Positions 1 to 8,517 are shown, numbered from the stretch's first letter. The stretch is 32,000 nt of DNA from Candidatus Saccharimonadota bacterium (GCA_020160975.1 JAIUPJ010000001.1:630001-662000); one strand, 5' to 3'. Program-made: numbers and translations. The notes: generated by a model not told the origin, from the sequence alone.

Positions 1-37
1 GCCACTGACGAGGCGGTACGGTGATTTTTATCACAGC

Positions 38-466
38 ATGGCTGTTGCTGAAGCGGTAGGATACATATATAACATGAAAAGGAGACAAGCTGTGGTAAGA
101 AACATACTATATACATCCCTCCTTGTTGCCGTTGTTGGCATGCTCGTTATGAGCGGGAGTGGACAGTTCACGGGAATGCAAATGCTCGCAGGACAAGGCA
201 TTTCGCACAGTATTCTTTTGGTAATCGCTTTGGTGGCAATTACCACCATGTGGTTAGTGCGACCTCCTCGCCCCCTCGCTATGCGGGCACTGCTCGGCAC
301 AGGTGCACTTATTTTGACAGGTGCGGCTATCACGATGACTCTGCACTTTCAGATGGGTATGATCGACTGCTTGATATGTCTTGCAGTGGCGATTGTGGCG
401 GCGATTGAAGCCCTTGAAATGCCTGCCCCCCAGGTTAAGCGGCTCGGTTTTTACCAACCTTTGTAG
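38..466 (+). CDS. hypothetical integral membrane protein (about 4 TM segments) with an intramembrane Cys-Leu-Ile-Cys motif
   Basis: 142-aa ORF with four hydrophobic stretches. It has only two Cys, which form CxxC (MIDCLICLAV) at the start of the last TM. Its 3' end overlaps the convergent gene by 16 nt. Confidence 0.5.
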   Translation: MAVAEAVGYIYNMKRRQAVVRNILYTSLLVAVVGMLVMSGSGQFTGMQMLAGQGISHSILLVIALVAITTMWLVRPPRPLAMRALLGTGALILTGAAITMTLHFQMGMIDCLICLAVAIVAAIEALEMPAPQVKRLGFYQPL

Positions 467-1509
467 TCGGTACTAACGGCCCTCGCGCGTCGTCGCTCGA
501 TAATGCTCGTTACCGTTGCGGTTGCAACAAATATCAAGCCGATTGACCCGGTGAACCATTCAGGAGGCTCGATATGGTAAAGTTTGACCAGCATGACGAG
601 ACCGAGGGCCAGGATTGCCCAATGTGCACCGTGTTCAAGGTACTGATAGCGACCAAGCGTTTGGTTGCGGACTAGATAGACCGTGAGCGAGCGCACCCAA
701 AGCGCACCAACACCTAGGCCAGCCATGATCAAGATAATATCATTGGTGATGGCAAATGCGCCGATTACGCCATCGAGCGAAAACGAGGCATCGAGAACAT
801 TGAGATAGACAAATGAAGCAAATGCCGCCATGCCAACAAGACGCTTCGACTGTGAAACCTGCTTGGCAGCAAAATAACGACTCGCGAGATCGAGACTAAT
901 ATGCAAGATGATGCCTGTGATGGACGCCACAAGTACGATAGTTTCATAGGTGCGATCAACCGTCATGTACATCAACATTGCAATGGCAAGCATCACCAGA
1001 ATCTTAAAACTCTCATACTGGCCAAACTTACTCAGCCATCGCTCTATATTGCCGAGCCAGTGGACGTCTTTTTGACGATCAAGGAAATAGCTGACGCCAA
1101 TCATCAACAGAAAAGTACCGCCAAAGGCATTGATCATGGGTGCGGCGTCGTGAAGGGTGTGACCGTAGGCTGCAGCATCGTTAAGAGCCATGTCAACCAC
1201 AGCGGCAAAAGATTTGCCAGATGATATCATAACGATGACAACGGGCAAGACAAATCGCACAGCGAACACCGCAATCAGAATTCCTACTGTCAAGAATAGT
1301 TGCTGCCAAAGCGGCGACATTTTGCCGAGAACCTTGCTATTGATCACCGCATTGTCGAAGCTGAATGTAACTTCAAGCACTACCAAAATGGCAAACAACC
1401 ACAATGCGCCGGGGCCAAGATGATAGCCGACAAGTGCTGCGACAACGAGACTGAGGAGGCCCGAGATCCAAAAGATACGGAGTGGGTGAGCAGAGTGGAG
1501 CTTTGTCAT
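451..1509 (-). CDS. DUF475/TerC-like integral membrane protein
   Basis: Twin motifs FSFDNAVINSKVL and DASFSLDGVIGAFAIT in a polytopic membrane protein. The track ORF 451..1725 is trimmed to ATG 1509 (MTKLHS...), because the longer form would run across the divergent corA start. TACTAT lies 7 nt upstream of ATG 1509. Confidence 0.75.
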   Translation of the reverse strand: MTKLHSAHPLRIFWISGLLSLVVAALVGYHLGPGALWLFAILVVLEVTFSFDNAVINSKVLGKMSPLWQQLFLTVGILIAVFAVRFVLPVVIVMISSGKSFAAVVDMALNDAAAYGHTLHDAAPMINAFGGTFLLMIGVSYFLDRQKDVHWLGNIERWLSKFGQYESFKILVMLAIAMLMYMTVDRTYETIVLVASITGIILHISLDLASRYFAAKQVSQSKRLVGMAAFASFVYLNVLDASFSLDGVIGAFAITNDIILIMAGLGVGALWVRSLTVYLVRNQTLGRYQYLEHGAHWAILALGLVMLVKLYHIEPPEWFTGSIGLIFVATATVTSIIERRRARAVSTDYKGW

Positions 1510-1568
1510 ACTTTCTATAGTAACAGAGACTAGCGTGTTGCTGGGGAATGACATAGTATAGTGAAAGT

Positions 1569-2492
1569 ATGCTGACATATTATCGCACCACAGCAAAGCG
1601 AGCTGACATGGCCGAAGTAACTGCGCTCCACGCGGGGAGCTGGGTTCGGTCTGAGCGACCATCGGAAGAGGAGCTAGCTGTATTGGTGAGCCGCGGTATC
1701 GATGCCGATCTTTTGGCCGATGCACTTGACCCTCATGAAGTGCCGCGCATCGAGCACGATGATGGCTGGACGTATTTCATCACGCGCGTTCCCGATGTCG
1801 GTGATGATTTCAATGATTACACCACGCCAATCATGTTTGCGCTCGGCAAAGAGTATACGGTGACGGTGAGCCGCGATCTGCTTGGTCGCCTGTGGCAGCC
1901 ATTTATAGACCACCCGCCAGTGGGCACAACACAACAGACCCAGCTATTCCTAGCTATGATGGAGCGTATATTGCAGTCGTATCAAACGCGTGTGGCGGCG
2001 ATCAACCGACAAATGCGCGCCGCGACGGGCAATGTGACCAACTTGAGTCCAAAGGACATCGCGACATTTGTCGAATACGAACGCAAGCTGAATGATTATC
2101 TCGACGCCTTAATGCCGACCAATACGGCCCTCGAAAAGACCCTTAATCAGAAATTTAAATTGATTCGCCTCGCCGAAGAAGATCAAGAGATGGTCGAGGA
2201 TTTGTCGGTCGATATCGAGCAGGTGATTGCACGCTGTAAATCGCTGTTGCGTACCATCACCAATGTCCGCGATAGTTATCGTGCCGTCATGGACACGCGC
2301 CTCAACGAGACGATGCGGATTTTGACTGTCGCCACCCTCTCGTTAACAGTGCCGACCATGCTGGCGGGAGTATTTGGGATGAATGTGGCGTTTCCGTTCG
2401 ATACTCATGGCGTGACTGCATTTTGGCTTATAATAAGCATAAGTGTTGCAGTAGCAGCGGCAATAAGTATTTATTTCTTACGAAAGAGGTAG
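1569..2492 (+). CDS. corA: CorA-family Mg2+/Co2+ transporter
   Basis: 307 aa with a soluble N-terminal domain and two C-terminal TM helices carrying the GMN signature (GVFGMNVAFPF). TATAGT lies 6 nt upstream of the ATG. Confidence 0.85.
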   Translation: MLTYYRTTAKRADMAEVTALHAGSWVRSERPSEEELAVLVSRGIDADLLADALDPHEVPRIEHDDGWTYFITRVPDVGDDFNDYTTPIMFALGKEYTVTVSRDLLGRLWQPFIDHPPVGTTQQTQLFLAMMERILQSYQTRVAAINRQMRAATGNVTNLSPKDIATFVEYERKLNDYLDALMPTNTALEKTLNQKFKLIRLAEEDQEMVEDLSVDIEQVIARCKSLLRTITNVRDSYRAVMDTRLNETMRILTVATLSLTVPTMLAGVFGMNVAFPFDTHGVTAFWLIISISVAVAAAISIYFLRKR

Positions 2493-2494
2493 GC

Positions 2495-3178
2495 ATGGGA
2501 GCCAAACGACCAACTGGTACGATCACAAAAAAACAGGCAAGATTTTCTGCGGGTCTTCTGGGGGCATATGTTTTGGTTACCCTCTGCGCACTGGGTTTTG
2601 TTCGGTTGGCCTGGGAAGTTCGTGAGCGTGAGACACTTGGGTTTGACGAGGCAGTGTTGACAGCTATCAATCATGCGTCGACACCTTTTCTCAATTCATT
2701 TATGCCGATCGCGACGGATGTTGGTGGCTTTGTGGGGGTGACGTTGCTCACCGTAGTGTTCCTCGGGCTATTTATTGCCAAGAACGAATATCGACGCGCG
2801 TTGCTCGTAGTCGTGAGTGTAGCCGGTGCTGCGCTTCTCAATATTGTTCTCAAACTGGTGTTTACTCGTGATCGTCCTGATTTATGGGAGCAACTTGTGC
2901 ATGAAGCTGGCTACTCATTTCCATCGGGTCATGCCATGGCAAGTGCGGCGCTCGGCTTGGCGTTAGCGGTTGCGCTCTGGAATTCTCGCTGGCGCTGGTG
3001 GGGGCTTGTCTTTGCTGTCGTTTATATTGCCTTTGTTGGGTACTCGCGCCTCTATCTCGGTGTTCATTACCCGACTGACATTCTGGCCGGATGGCTGGTC
3101 AGCGGTGTTTGGGTACTGGCCATCGCCTTGTTGATTCGCTCAAAACTCGGCCACCAGGCCTTACGCAACCTTCCTTAG
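2495..3178 (+). CDS. PAP2-family phosphatase (undecaprenyl-diphosphatase / phosphatidic acid phosphatase type 2)
   Basis: PAP2 motifs KLVFTRDRPD, SFPSGHA and SRLYLGVHYPTD. Start trimmed to ATG 2495 (MGAKRP), which has an AAAGAGG SD and lies 2 nt after the corA stop at 2490-2492. Confidence 0.85.
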   Translation: MGAKRPTGTITKKQARFSAGLLGAYVLVTLCALGFVRLAWEVRERETLGFDEAVLTAINHASTPFLNSFMPIATDVGGFVGVTLLTVVFLGLFIAKNEYRRALLVVVSVAGAALLNIVLKLVFTRDRPDLWEQLVHEAGYSFPSGHAMASAALGLALAVALWNSRWRWWGLVFAVVYIAFVGYSRLYLGVHYPTDILAGWLVSGVWVLAIALLIRSKLGHQALRNLP

Positions 3179-3193
3179 TGTTACGAAATGGCA

Positions 3194-3230
3194 TTGACAA
3201 TCTAGTTATACTTGTATAACATGTATAACT
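3194..3230 (+). promoter_or_regulatory. candidate promoter plus operator repeats of the AbrB-MFS operon
   Basis: TTGACA at 3194-3199. Two TGTATAAC direct repeats at 3213-3220 and 3222-3229, each resembling an extended -10. Inverted repeat AGTTATAC (3204-3211) / GTATAACT (3223-3230). Confidence 0.4.
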
Positions 3231-3284
3231 GACTAGTGTGAGGCTTGTTTGTATCGCACCTAAATATTCTTAAAAAAAGAAAGG

Positions 3285-3542
3285 ATGATGAACGTGTCAT
3301 TTCATAAACAAATTCATTTAGTAGGTACCGTAACGGTTGGCCCAAAGGGTCAGGTCGTGATTCCGTCTGACGTGCGAGATCGGATGGATATTCAGCCGGG
3401 CGACAAGCTTGTGGCACTCTATCTTGATGAGAAAAAATCAGTTGCCTTTATCACGGAGCGCCAAGCACAAGAATTCGTCATTAAGATGGGCGAACGGTTC
3501 ACAGAATTTAAAGAAACATTTGAGAAACGGGGAGAAGCCTAG
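3285..3542 (+). CDS. AbrB/SpoVT (MazE-like) swapped-hairpin DNA-binding protein
   Basis: VGTVTVGPKGQVVIPSDVRDRMDIQPGDKLVAL matches the SpoVT-AbrB domain pattern. The GAAAGG SD abuts ATG 3285, so the real start may be ATG 3288 or GTG 3294. The stop TAG is directly followed by the MFS ATG. Confidence 0.7.
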   Translation: MMNVSFHKQIHLVGTVTVGPKGQVVIPSDVRDRMDIQPGDKLVALYLDEKKSVAFITERQAQEFVIKMGERFTEFKETFEKRGEA

Positions 3543-5228
3543 ATGCTGCACCACATTACACAGCGTGAAAAACTAATTGTCATGCTGGCTGTTATGAGTG
3601 GCATGTTCTTGGTGGCGCTCGACCAAACCATCATCGCGACAGCGCTTGGTGCGATTGTTACCCAGTTCAATAGCTTTAGTAGCATCGGCTTTATCGTCAC
3701 TAGCTATTTGTTGACCAGTACAATTTCGGTTCCGCTTGCCGGCAAACTATCAGATATGTATGGCCGTCGGCCGATCCTGCTCGGTGGTGTGGCGATCTTT
3801 ACCATCGGCTCACTCCTGAGCGGTGGTGCACAGTCAATCGAATGGCTGATTGCTGCTCGTGCCTTGCAAGGCATCGGCGGCGGTATGATCATGGCCAATG
3901 CCTTTACGATTATTGGTGACCTGTTCGCGCCGCGAGAGCGTGGAAAATGGCAGGGATTTATCGGTGCTGTTTTTGGTATTAGTTCGGTAATTGGCCCACT
4001 GCTAGGCGGCTGGTTGACCGATGGGCAACATATCTTTGGTGCCACCACTGATTGGCGCTGGACATTCTTTATCAATGTGCCAGTTGGTATTGTTGCCTAT
4101 TTGATCATCTCGCGGTATTGTCCTGATATTAGCCACGCCAGCAAGCACAAACCTGACTACAAGGGTGCAGCATTGATTACAGTGTCATTGGCAAGCTTGA
4201 TTCTTGCGGTCGACAATACCGAGGTGATTTTCAAAAATTTGATTGATGGTGGCACCAGCTTGGGATTCATCAAAGGGACCTTGGCGGCAGTCGCACTCGT
4301 ATCTGCTGCATTGTTTATCGCTGTCGAGCGGCGTGCCAAGCAGCCAATCCTGCCACTGCGCTTTTTTTCCAATCGCACGTATACGCAGATGATGATCGTG
4401 ACCTTACTATTTGGTGCGGCATTCCTCGGAGCGATTTTGTACCTGACACAATTTAATCAACAAGTCTTTGGCGCGAGCCCAAGTGAAGCAGGCATGATGC
4501 TCCTACCAATGATGGCTGGTATGATGACGGCATCGATTGGCATCGGGCAGATCGTGTCGCGTACTGGCTATTACAAACGATTTATTGTCCTCGGGTTTGC
4601 ACTGGCGACATTGAGCGTGCTGGGACTCGTTACGCTCCAGTCAGATTCACCATATTGGCATGAAGCCGTGCTGATGGTATTTGTCGGTCTTGGTCTTGGT
4701 ATGGGTATGCCGATCATGAACCTCGCCGTGCAGAATGAATTTGAACAAAAAGATCTAGGTGCGGCTACATCGAGCGTTCAACTGTTTCGCGGGCTGGGGT
4801 CAACCATTGGTACGGCACTGATGAGCAGCGTTTTGACAACTGGTATCGTTGCCTCAATGGGCGCGCCAGCAACTATTCCCTACCTGCAAGAGCTCAAACA
4901 ATCTCCTGCCGCTGCCAAGATGTTTGGCGAGGGGGAGGTCACAGCCGATACGATGCTCAGGATCAACACCCAGCAGCAAACAATCGCGGACGGTGCCTTT
5001 TCGGCTATCGATACGTTACCGCTACCAGCTGCGCTCAAGGACAAGCAGAAAGCTCAGTTTAAATCACAACAAGACGACTACAGCAAGAAAATTGTCAATG
5101 CGTTTACCGATTCGCTTCACCATATTTTCATGATCTCTTCTCTGTTGATGCTGCTGGCGCTTATCGTGGTAGCGTTCGTCAAAGAACGGCCACTTCGCAC
5201 CCACACATCGATGCCAGTTGGCGAGTAG
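3543..5228 (+). CDS. MFS transporter, DHA2 (EmrB/QacA-like, 14-TM) drug:H+ antiporter family
   Basis: 561 aa. MFS motif A-like [14 protein letters not shown], motif C-like GPLLGGWL, and many TM segments. There is a long hydrophilic insertion near the C-terminus. Confidence 0.85.
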   Translation: MLHHITQREKLIVMLAVMSGMFLVALDQTIIATALGAIVTQFNSFSSIGFIVTSYLLTSTISVPLAGKLSDMYGRRPILLGGVAIFTIGSLLSGGAQSIEWLIAARALQGIGGGMIMANAFTIIGDLFAPRERGKWQGFIGAVFGISSVIGPLLGGWLTDGQHIFGATTDWRWTFFINVPVGIVAYLIISRYCPDISHASKHKPDYKGAALITVSLASLILAVDNTEVIFKNLIDGGTSLGFIKGTLAAVALVSAALFIAVERRAKQPILPLRFFSNRTYTQMMIVTLLFGAAFLGAILYLTQFNQQVFGASPSEAGMMLLPMMAGMMTASIGIGQIVSRTGYYKRFIVLGFALATLSVLGLVTLQSDSPYWHEAVLMVFVGLGLGMGMPIMNLAVQNEFEQKDLGAATSSVQLFRGLGSTIGTALMSSVLTTGIVASMGAPATIPYLQELKQSPAAAKMFGEGEVTADTMLRINTQQQTIADGAFSAIDTLPLPAALKDKQKAQFKSQQDDYSKKIVNAFTDSLHHIFMISSLLMLLALIVVAFVKERPLRTHTSMPVGE

Positions 5229-5502
5229 GTATTCTCCTCATGCTTGCTCCAAAACGCTTACAACTGCTACCATGCAAAGCGTCCTAGACGTGTGCTACGA
5301 AACAAATAGGTAACTAAAGGTCGAGCCGCACACGCGCTAAACGGGGCAGAGTTGCACGGTAGATGTGCAAGGAGTAAAAAACACATGCCAATAGCAATCA
5401 AGTTTGCGCCAAGCAGGCGCAAAAAGATCGCGGTGGATGTGGTGCCTGCCAAATGGCAGCTGTATATTGCAAGCTAAGTGATGCACTATAGTGTATCAAC
5501 TA

Positions 5503-5536
5503 TCAAAAACACCCCAAGGCACCGGGGTGTTTTTTG
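5503..5536. terminator. bidirectional intrinsic terminator between convergent MFS and DsbA-like genes
   Basis: AACACCCC (5508-5515) pairs with GGGGTGTT (5524-5531). The hairpin is flanked by an A-run upstream and a T-run downstream, so it reads as hairpin plus U-tract on both strands. Confidence 0.7.
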
Positions 5537-5548
5537 TTGATGAGCTGA

Positions 5549-6292
5549 TTAGTCGACAGCGATGCCGTTTTCTTTGAGGAGTGGTTTGATAACCAGATTT
5601 TCAAAAGCGGTTGCATTGCTCCAGACGACTTGTGCCTCGTCAGTCTTGGTGGCAACCAGCTTATCACCGACGTAGTATTTATCTCCCACGTTTTTGTCAC
5701 CGACGAAGAACGATGGCGTACCACTGACACCGGCTTTTTGGCCAAGCGCTTGGTCGAAGTCGATCTTTTTTGCAACCGACTCTTTATCGAGTTCCGCTAG
5801 CCACTTGGTCGTGTCGATGCCGAGCGAAGAAGCAAGTGACGTGAAGTAGTCTGTGCGAGCTTGGCCGGTGAGTTTTTCCCATGATGATTGGTTTTCGTAT
5901 AGCTTGTCGTGCATCTCCCAGTATTTGCCTTGAAGGCCGGCGGATTCAGCAGCGGCGGAGGCAGCCAAGGCATTAGGATGGATGGTCGTCAGGGGGTAGT
6001 TACGGAAGACAAAGCCCATTTTGTCCTTGTATTTTTCCTTCACGAGTTTGACATTTGGATAAGCAGACCTACAGCCAGGGCACTGGAAGTCGCCGTATTC
6101 AATTAGAATCACCTTACTATTCATATTGCCGTAGGTGTGATCAGCAATGTTACCGTTTTGTGCGCTTGCAGTCTGCACTGTAGTGGCGTCGATCGTTGAA
6201 ACATCTGTTTTGTCACGTTGTGACAAGTACACGAGCCCTCCGATTAGTCCAAAACAAATCACTGCAAACGCAATCCAAGATTTAGTTGTCAT
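5549..6292 (-). CDS. membrane-anchored DsbA-family thiol:disulfide oxidoreductase (thioredoxin fold)
   Basis: N-terminal TM anchor, CPGC active site (GDFQCPGCR), and DsbA-like helical insertion. GGGAGAA SD upstream of ATG 6292. Confidence 0.85.
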   Translation of the reverse strand: MTTKSWIAFAVICFGLIGGLVYLSQRDKTDVSTIDATTVQTASAQNGNIADHTYGNMNSKVILIEYGDFQCPGCRSAYPNVKLVKEKYKDKMGFVFRNYPLTTIHPNALAASAAAESAGLQGKYWEMHDKLYENQSSWEKLTGQARTDYFTSLASSLGIDTTKWLAELDKESVAKKIDFDQALGQKAGVSGTPSFFVGDKNVGDKYYVGDKLVATKTDEAQVVWSNATAFENLVIKPLLKENGIAVD

Positions 6293-6356
6293 AGTATTCT
6301 CCCTTCAATAGTCATTAGTATAGCGCATAGTGGCAGGCGTACGCTACAATAAGCTC

Positions 6357-7373
6357 ATGCAAACAGTAGCAATTCTGGGATTCTGTGTTCTTTTGGCGAC
6401 ACTTGCGATCATCTCTGCCATGAAGCCAAAGCGCTGCGGATTATCGCGTTTTGAACTTGAACGCAGGAGCAACGAAGGCAATGAATCGGCACAAGATGAG
6501 CTACACCGAGAGGCCCTGCTTGATGACCTGCTGTCTCTCAAAAAGGTACTCGAGGCACTGGTGTTGGTATGCGTGGTCATGGCGGCGGTGATGGCCTTTG
6601 GTAATGTCTTTGGTGTTGTGGCATCGGTCGCGGTTGCGTTGTTTTATAGCAAATTTGCTGGTGTAGAGCCAATCCGGGCGGTTGCCTCACGCTTGCTCGA
6701 CACGATCGAGCCGGCAGTGCTTGGGTTTATTCAGCATCATCCGCAAATTGGTCGCCTGGTGCGGCTGTCGGGATTGAGTGGGCAGGGAGATACGCCGGTT
6801 GCCTCACGGCAAGAACTGGAGCATCTGGTGAACACGAGCGGTGTGGTGCTGACTGCCGACGAGAAGAGACTGATCATCAATGGACTGCACTTTAGTCAAA
6901 AAACGGTTGAGAGTATCATGACACCGCGTGGCGTTGTCGAAACTGTCAAAAAATCAGATGTGCTCGGTCCCCTGATGCTCGATGAGCTGCACAAGACGGG
7001 CCATAGTCGCTTTCCCGTCATCGATGGTGATATCGATCATGTTGTCGGGATGCTTCACATCAAAGACCTGTTGACGTTAGGCCGCAAAGATACCGAAACG
7101 GCTGAGCAGGCTATGGAAAAACGGGTGTTTTATATCAATCAAGAGCAAACACTTGAGCACGCGTTGGCAGCGTTTATCAAAACGCGCCACCACTTGTTTA
7201 TCGTGGTGAATGGCTATCGCGAAACTGCAGGGATTTTGACACTCGAGGACGTGATGGAAGCACTGCTTGGGCGAGAGATTGTCGATGAGTTCGATGTACA
7301 TGACGATTTACGTGTGGTGGCGGCGCGAAGTGCGAAGGGGAATAATAATCCGCCGCATGCCACGAATGTTTAG
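6357..7373 (+). CDS. CNNM/CorC-type membrane protein (DUF21 region plus tandem CBS domains)
   Basis: TM N-terminal part followed by VESIMTPRGVV...GHSRFPVIDGDIDHVVGMLHIKDLL...HLFIVVNGYRETAGILTLEDVMEALLG, a typical CBS pair. The start is uncertain: ATG 6357 is preceded by TACAATAAGCTC, while the track start GTG 6330 is preceded by TAGTAT plus 8 nt. Confidence 0.8.
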   Translation: MQTVAILGFCVLLATLAIISAMKPKRCGLSRFELERRSNEGNESAQDELHREALLDDLLSLKKVLEALVLVCVVMAAVMAFGNVFGVVASVAVALFYSKFAGVEPIRAVASRLLDTIEPAVLGFIQHHPQIGRLVRLSGLSGQGDTPVASRQELEHLVNTSGVVLTADEKRLIINGLHFSQKTVESIMTPRGVVETVKKSDVLGPLMLDELHKTGHSRFPVIDGDIDHVVGMLHIKDLLTLGRKDTETAEQAMEKRVFYINQEQTLEHALAAFIKTRHHLFIVVNGYRETAGILTLEDVMEALLGREIVDEFDVHDDLRVVAARSAKGNNNPPHATNV

Positions 7374-7404
7374 TTTTTGTAAAACTAATTAAAAGTTTAA
7401 TCTC

Positions 7405-7985
7405 AATAATCTCATCTTCTTTTTGCGAAAGAAGCAAGCGCCTCCTTTTGGTGCAAAAGGAGCAAAACATTGGGGGAGGCTTCAGCTCGCAGTGAACTTC
7501 GCGCTCATAATTCTCGAACTTATCTGCGCGCGGAGCAAAGCTCGTGCTCGATAAATCGGGAATTATTACCACTCTGTTCTCTGGAGCTTGCAGATTCCCC
7601 CAAACCCCCTGCGACGCAGTAGAACTGCTGATTCAAGCGGCTCTGCCGCAAACCATTCATTCTCGCTTTTGCGAGATAGCTTAGTGGGCCTTGGGAGCTC
7701 ATAAACCCAAGAAGCGAACAAGTACCAATCCAGAGTCATTCACGACATTTTGCCTGCTGTCCATAACTGTGACAATACAGCGGGATGCCCTTTAGGGCAG
7801 CATGTCGTGACTGGATTGGTACTGGTGAGACTTCTTGGCGTGAATGAGATATCCCAAGTCGTGTTTGGTTCTTTGCTCGAAACAAAGAACATTCTTTGCA
7901 TCTTTCTTTTAAAGAAAGATGTCGTGTCTTTTGTTTCTTTTCCCGAAAAGAGAAAAGAAAGGATTGCATCCATTTTTCAAAAAGG
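7405..7985. other. ORF-free, hairpin-dense tract (candidate structured RNA or decayed mobile DNA)
   Basis: No ORF here has translation signals. At least ten stem-loops are present, listed in the findings. One G-U pair versus C-A mismatch favours the + strand for the 7721-7823 element. Confidence 0.3.
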
Positions 7986-8060
7986 CAATTTAAAACCCGC
8001 TCCAGCCAGGGACTCGCACGACCAAGTATCTGGTCTCGTGCGAGTCCCCGCGGGTGCGGG
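7985..8060 (-). terminator. intrinsic terminator of the 105-aa gene
   Basis: Read on the - strand directly after the stop. An outer CCCGC/GCGGG stem encloses a ~16-bp hairpin (8009-8048, GGGACTCGCACGA...TCGTGCGAGTCCC), followed by TTTTAAATT. Confidence 0.6.
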
Positions 8061-8378
8061 TCAACCTCCTGGGTGAAGAATTTTCATCCAGTCGTTGCCG
8101 GTCCGGACGGCTGTCCGCTTCCATGTTCCATTCGCGTTCCGGCGCACACGGAATTTTCTCCACCACGTATACCGCATGAGCCGCAAATAAGCCCTGTCCA
8201 CCTTTTCGATACAGAAGTGAGCTTCGGTACCATCAGGAAGATAGGCGGTCATGATTGGGGTGTAGATGCTACTGCCATCAGCGCCCCATGCACACACCTT
8301 CGACCGAAGGCGCACCGTGAGCGTAGAGCGAAACATATCGCTCGGTAGGCTCGATCCATTTTCAAACTCTTTTGCCAT
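8061..8378 (-). CDS. hypothetical small basic protein (orphan)
   Basis: 105 aa. AGGAGG SD 5 nt from the ATG, a consensus-like promoter and a strong terminator. The C-terminal half is rich in Arg/Lys/Trp (RYTWWRKFRVRRNANGTWKRTAVR). I recognise no family. Confidence 0.65.
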   Translation of the reverse strand: MAKEFENGSSLPSDMFRSTLTVRLRSKVCAWGADGSSIYTPIMTAYLPDGTEAHFCIEKVDRAYLRLMRYTWWRKFRVRRNANGTWKRTAVRTGNDWMKILHPGG

Positions 8379-8437
8379 GGTATCCTCCTAGGAGTCGAAG
8401 ATGCTCGCGACGGTCGCGAACACTACCATATCTTTTC

Positions 8438-8466
8438 ATTATACCAATTCTATGCATAAAAGTCAA
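8438..8466 (-). promoter_or_regulatory. sigma70-type promoter of the 105-aa gene
   Basis: On the - strand: TTGACT (8466-8461), a 17-nt spacer, then TGgTATAAT (-10 at 8443-8438). The ~55-nt leader contains the palindrome TCGCGAC-c-GTCGCGA. Confidence 0.6.
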
Positions 8467-8487
8467 GCTGGAAGAATAGATAACAGA

Positions 8488-8517
8488 TTAGACAACTCCT
8501 ATTAAGCATGGTAAAAT
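8488..8517 (+). promoter_or_regulatory. candidate aspS promoter
   Basis: TTAGAC (8488-8493), an 18-nt spacer, then extended -10 TGgTAAAAT (8509-8517). This implies a ~125-nt leader. Confidence 0.4.

Noticed and set aside
451-1725. Long forms of several track ORFs: 451..1725, 2423..3178, 8635..10389, 12953..13747, 14450..15022, 20778..21302, 21406..22698 and 23498..23779.
   Set aside because: The N-terminal extensions overlap neighbouring genes or promoters and lack ribosome-binding or leaderless signals. Internal ATGs with an SD or with a -10 box at 6-8 nt give protein N-termini typical of each family. The shorter coordinates are reported instead.
7374-8060. Possibility that the tract encodes a known housekeeping RNA (RNase P RNA, tmRNA, SRP/4.5S RNA or 6S RNA) or a group I/II intron.
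   Set aside because: I could not find the hallmark motifs on either strand. Missing are GAGGAAAGUCC and ACAGAAnCCGGCUUA for RNase P, a GGUUCGAnUCC T-arm with ACCA end for tmRNA, the GGAA/AGCA domain IV loops of SRP RNA, and a domain V-like GAGC...GUUC hairpin for group II introns. Only a covariance-model search can settle this.
7736-8348. ORFs 7750..8076 +, 7896..8348 +, 7736..7969 -, 7740..7973 - and 7198..7572 - in the hairpin-dense tract.
   Set aside because: They have no SD or leaderless promoter and their translations are low-complexity (for example KEKRKE repeats arising from the polypurine hairpin arms). They overlap each other, the real 105-aa gene, or the antisense of the CNNM gene.
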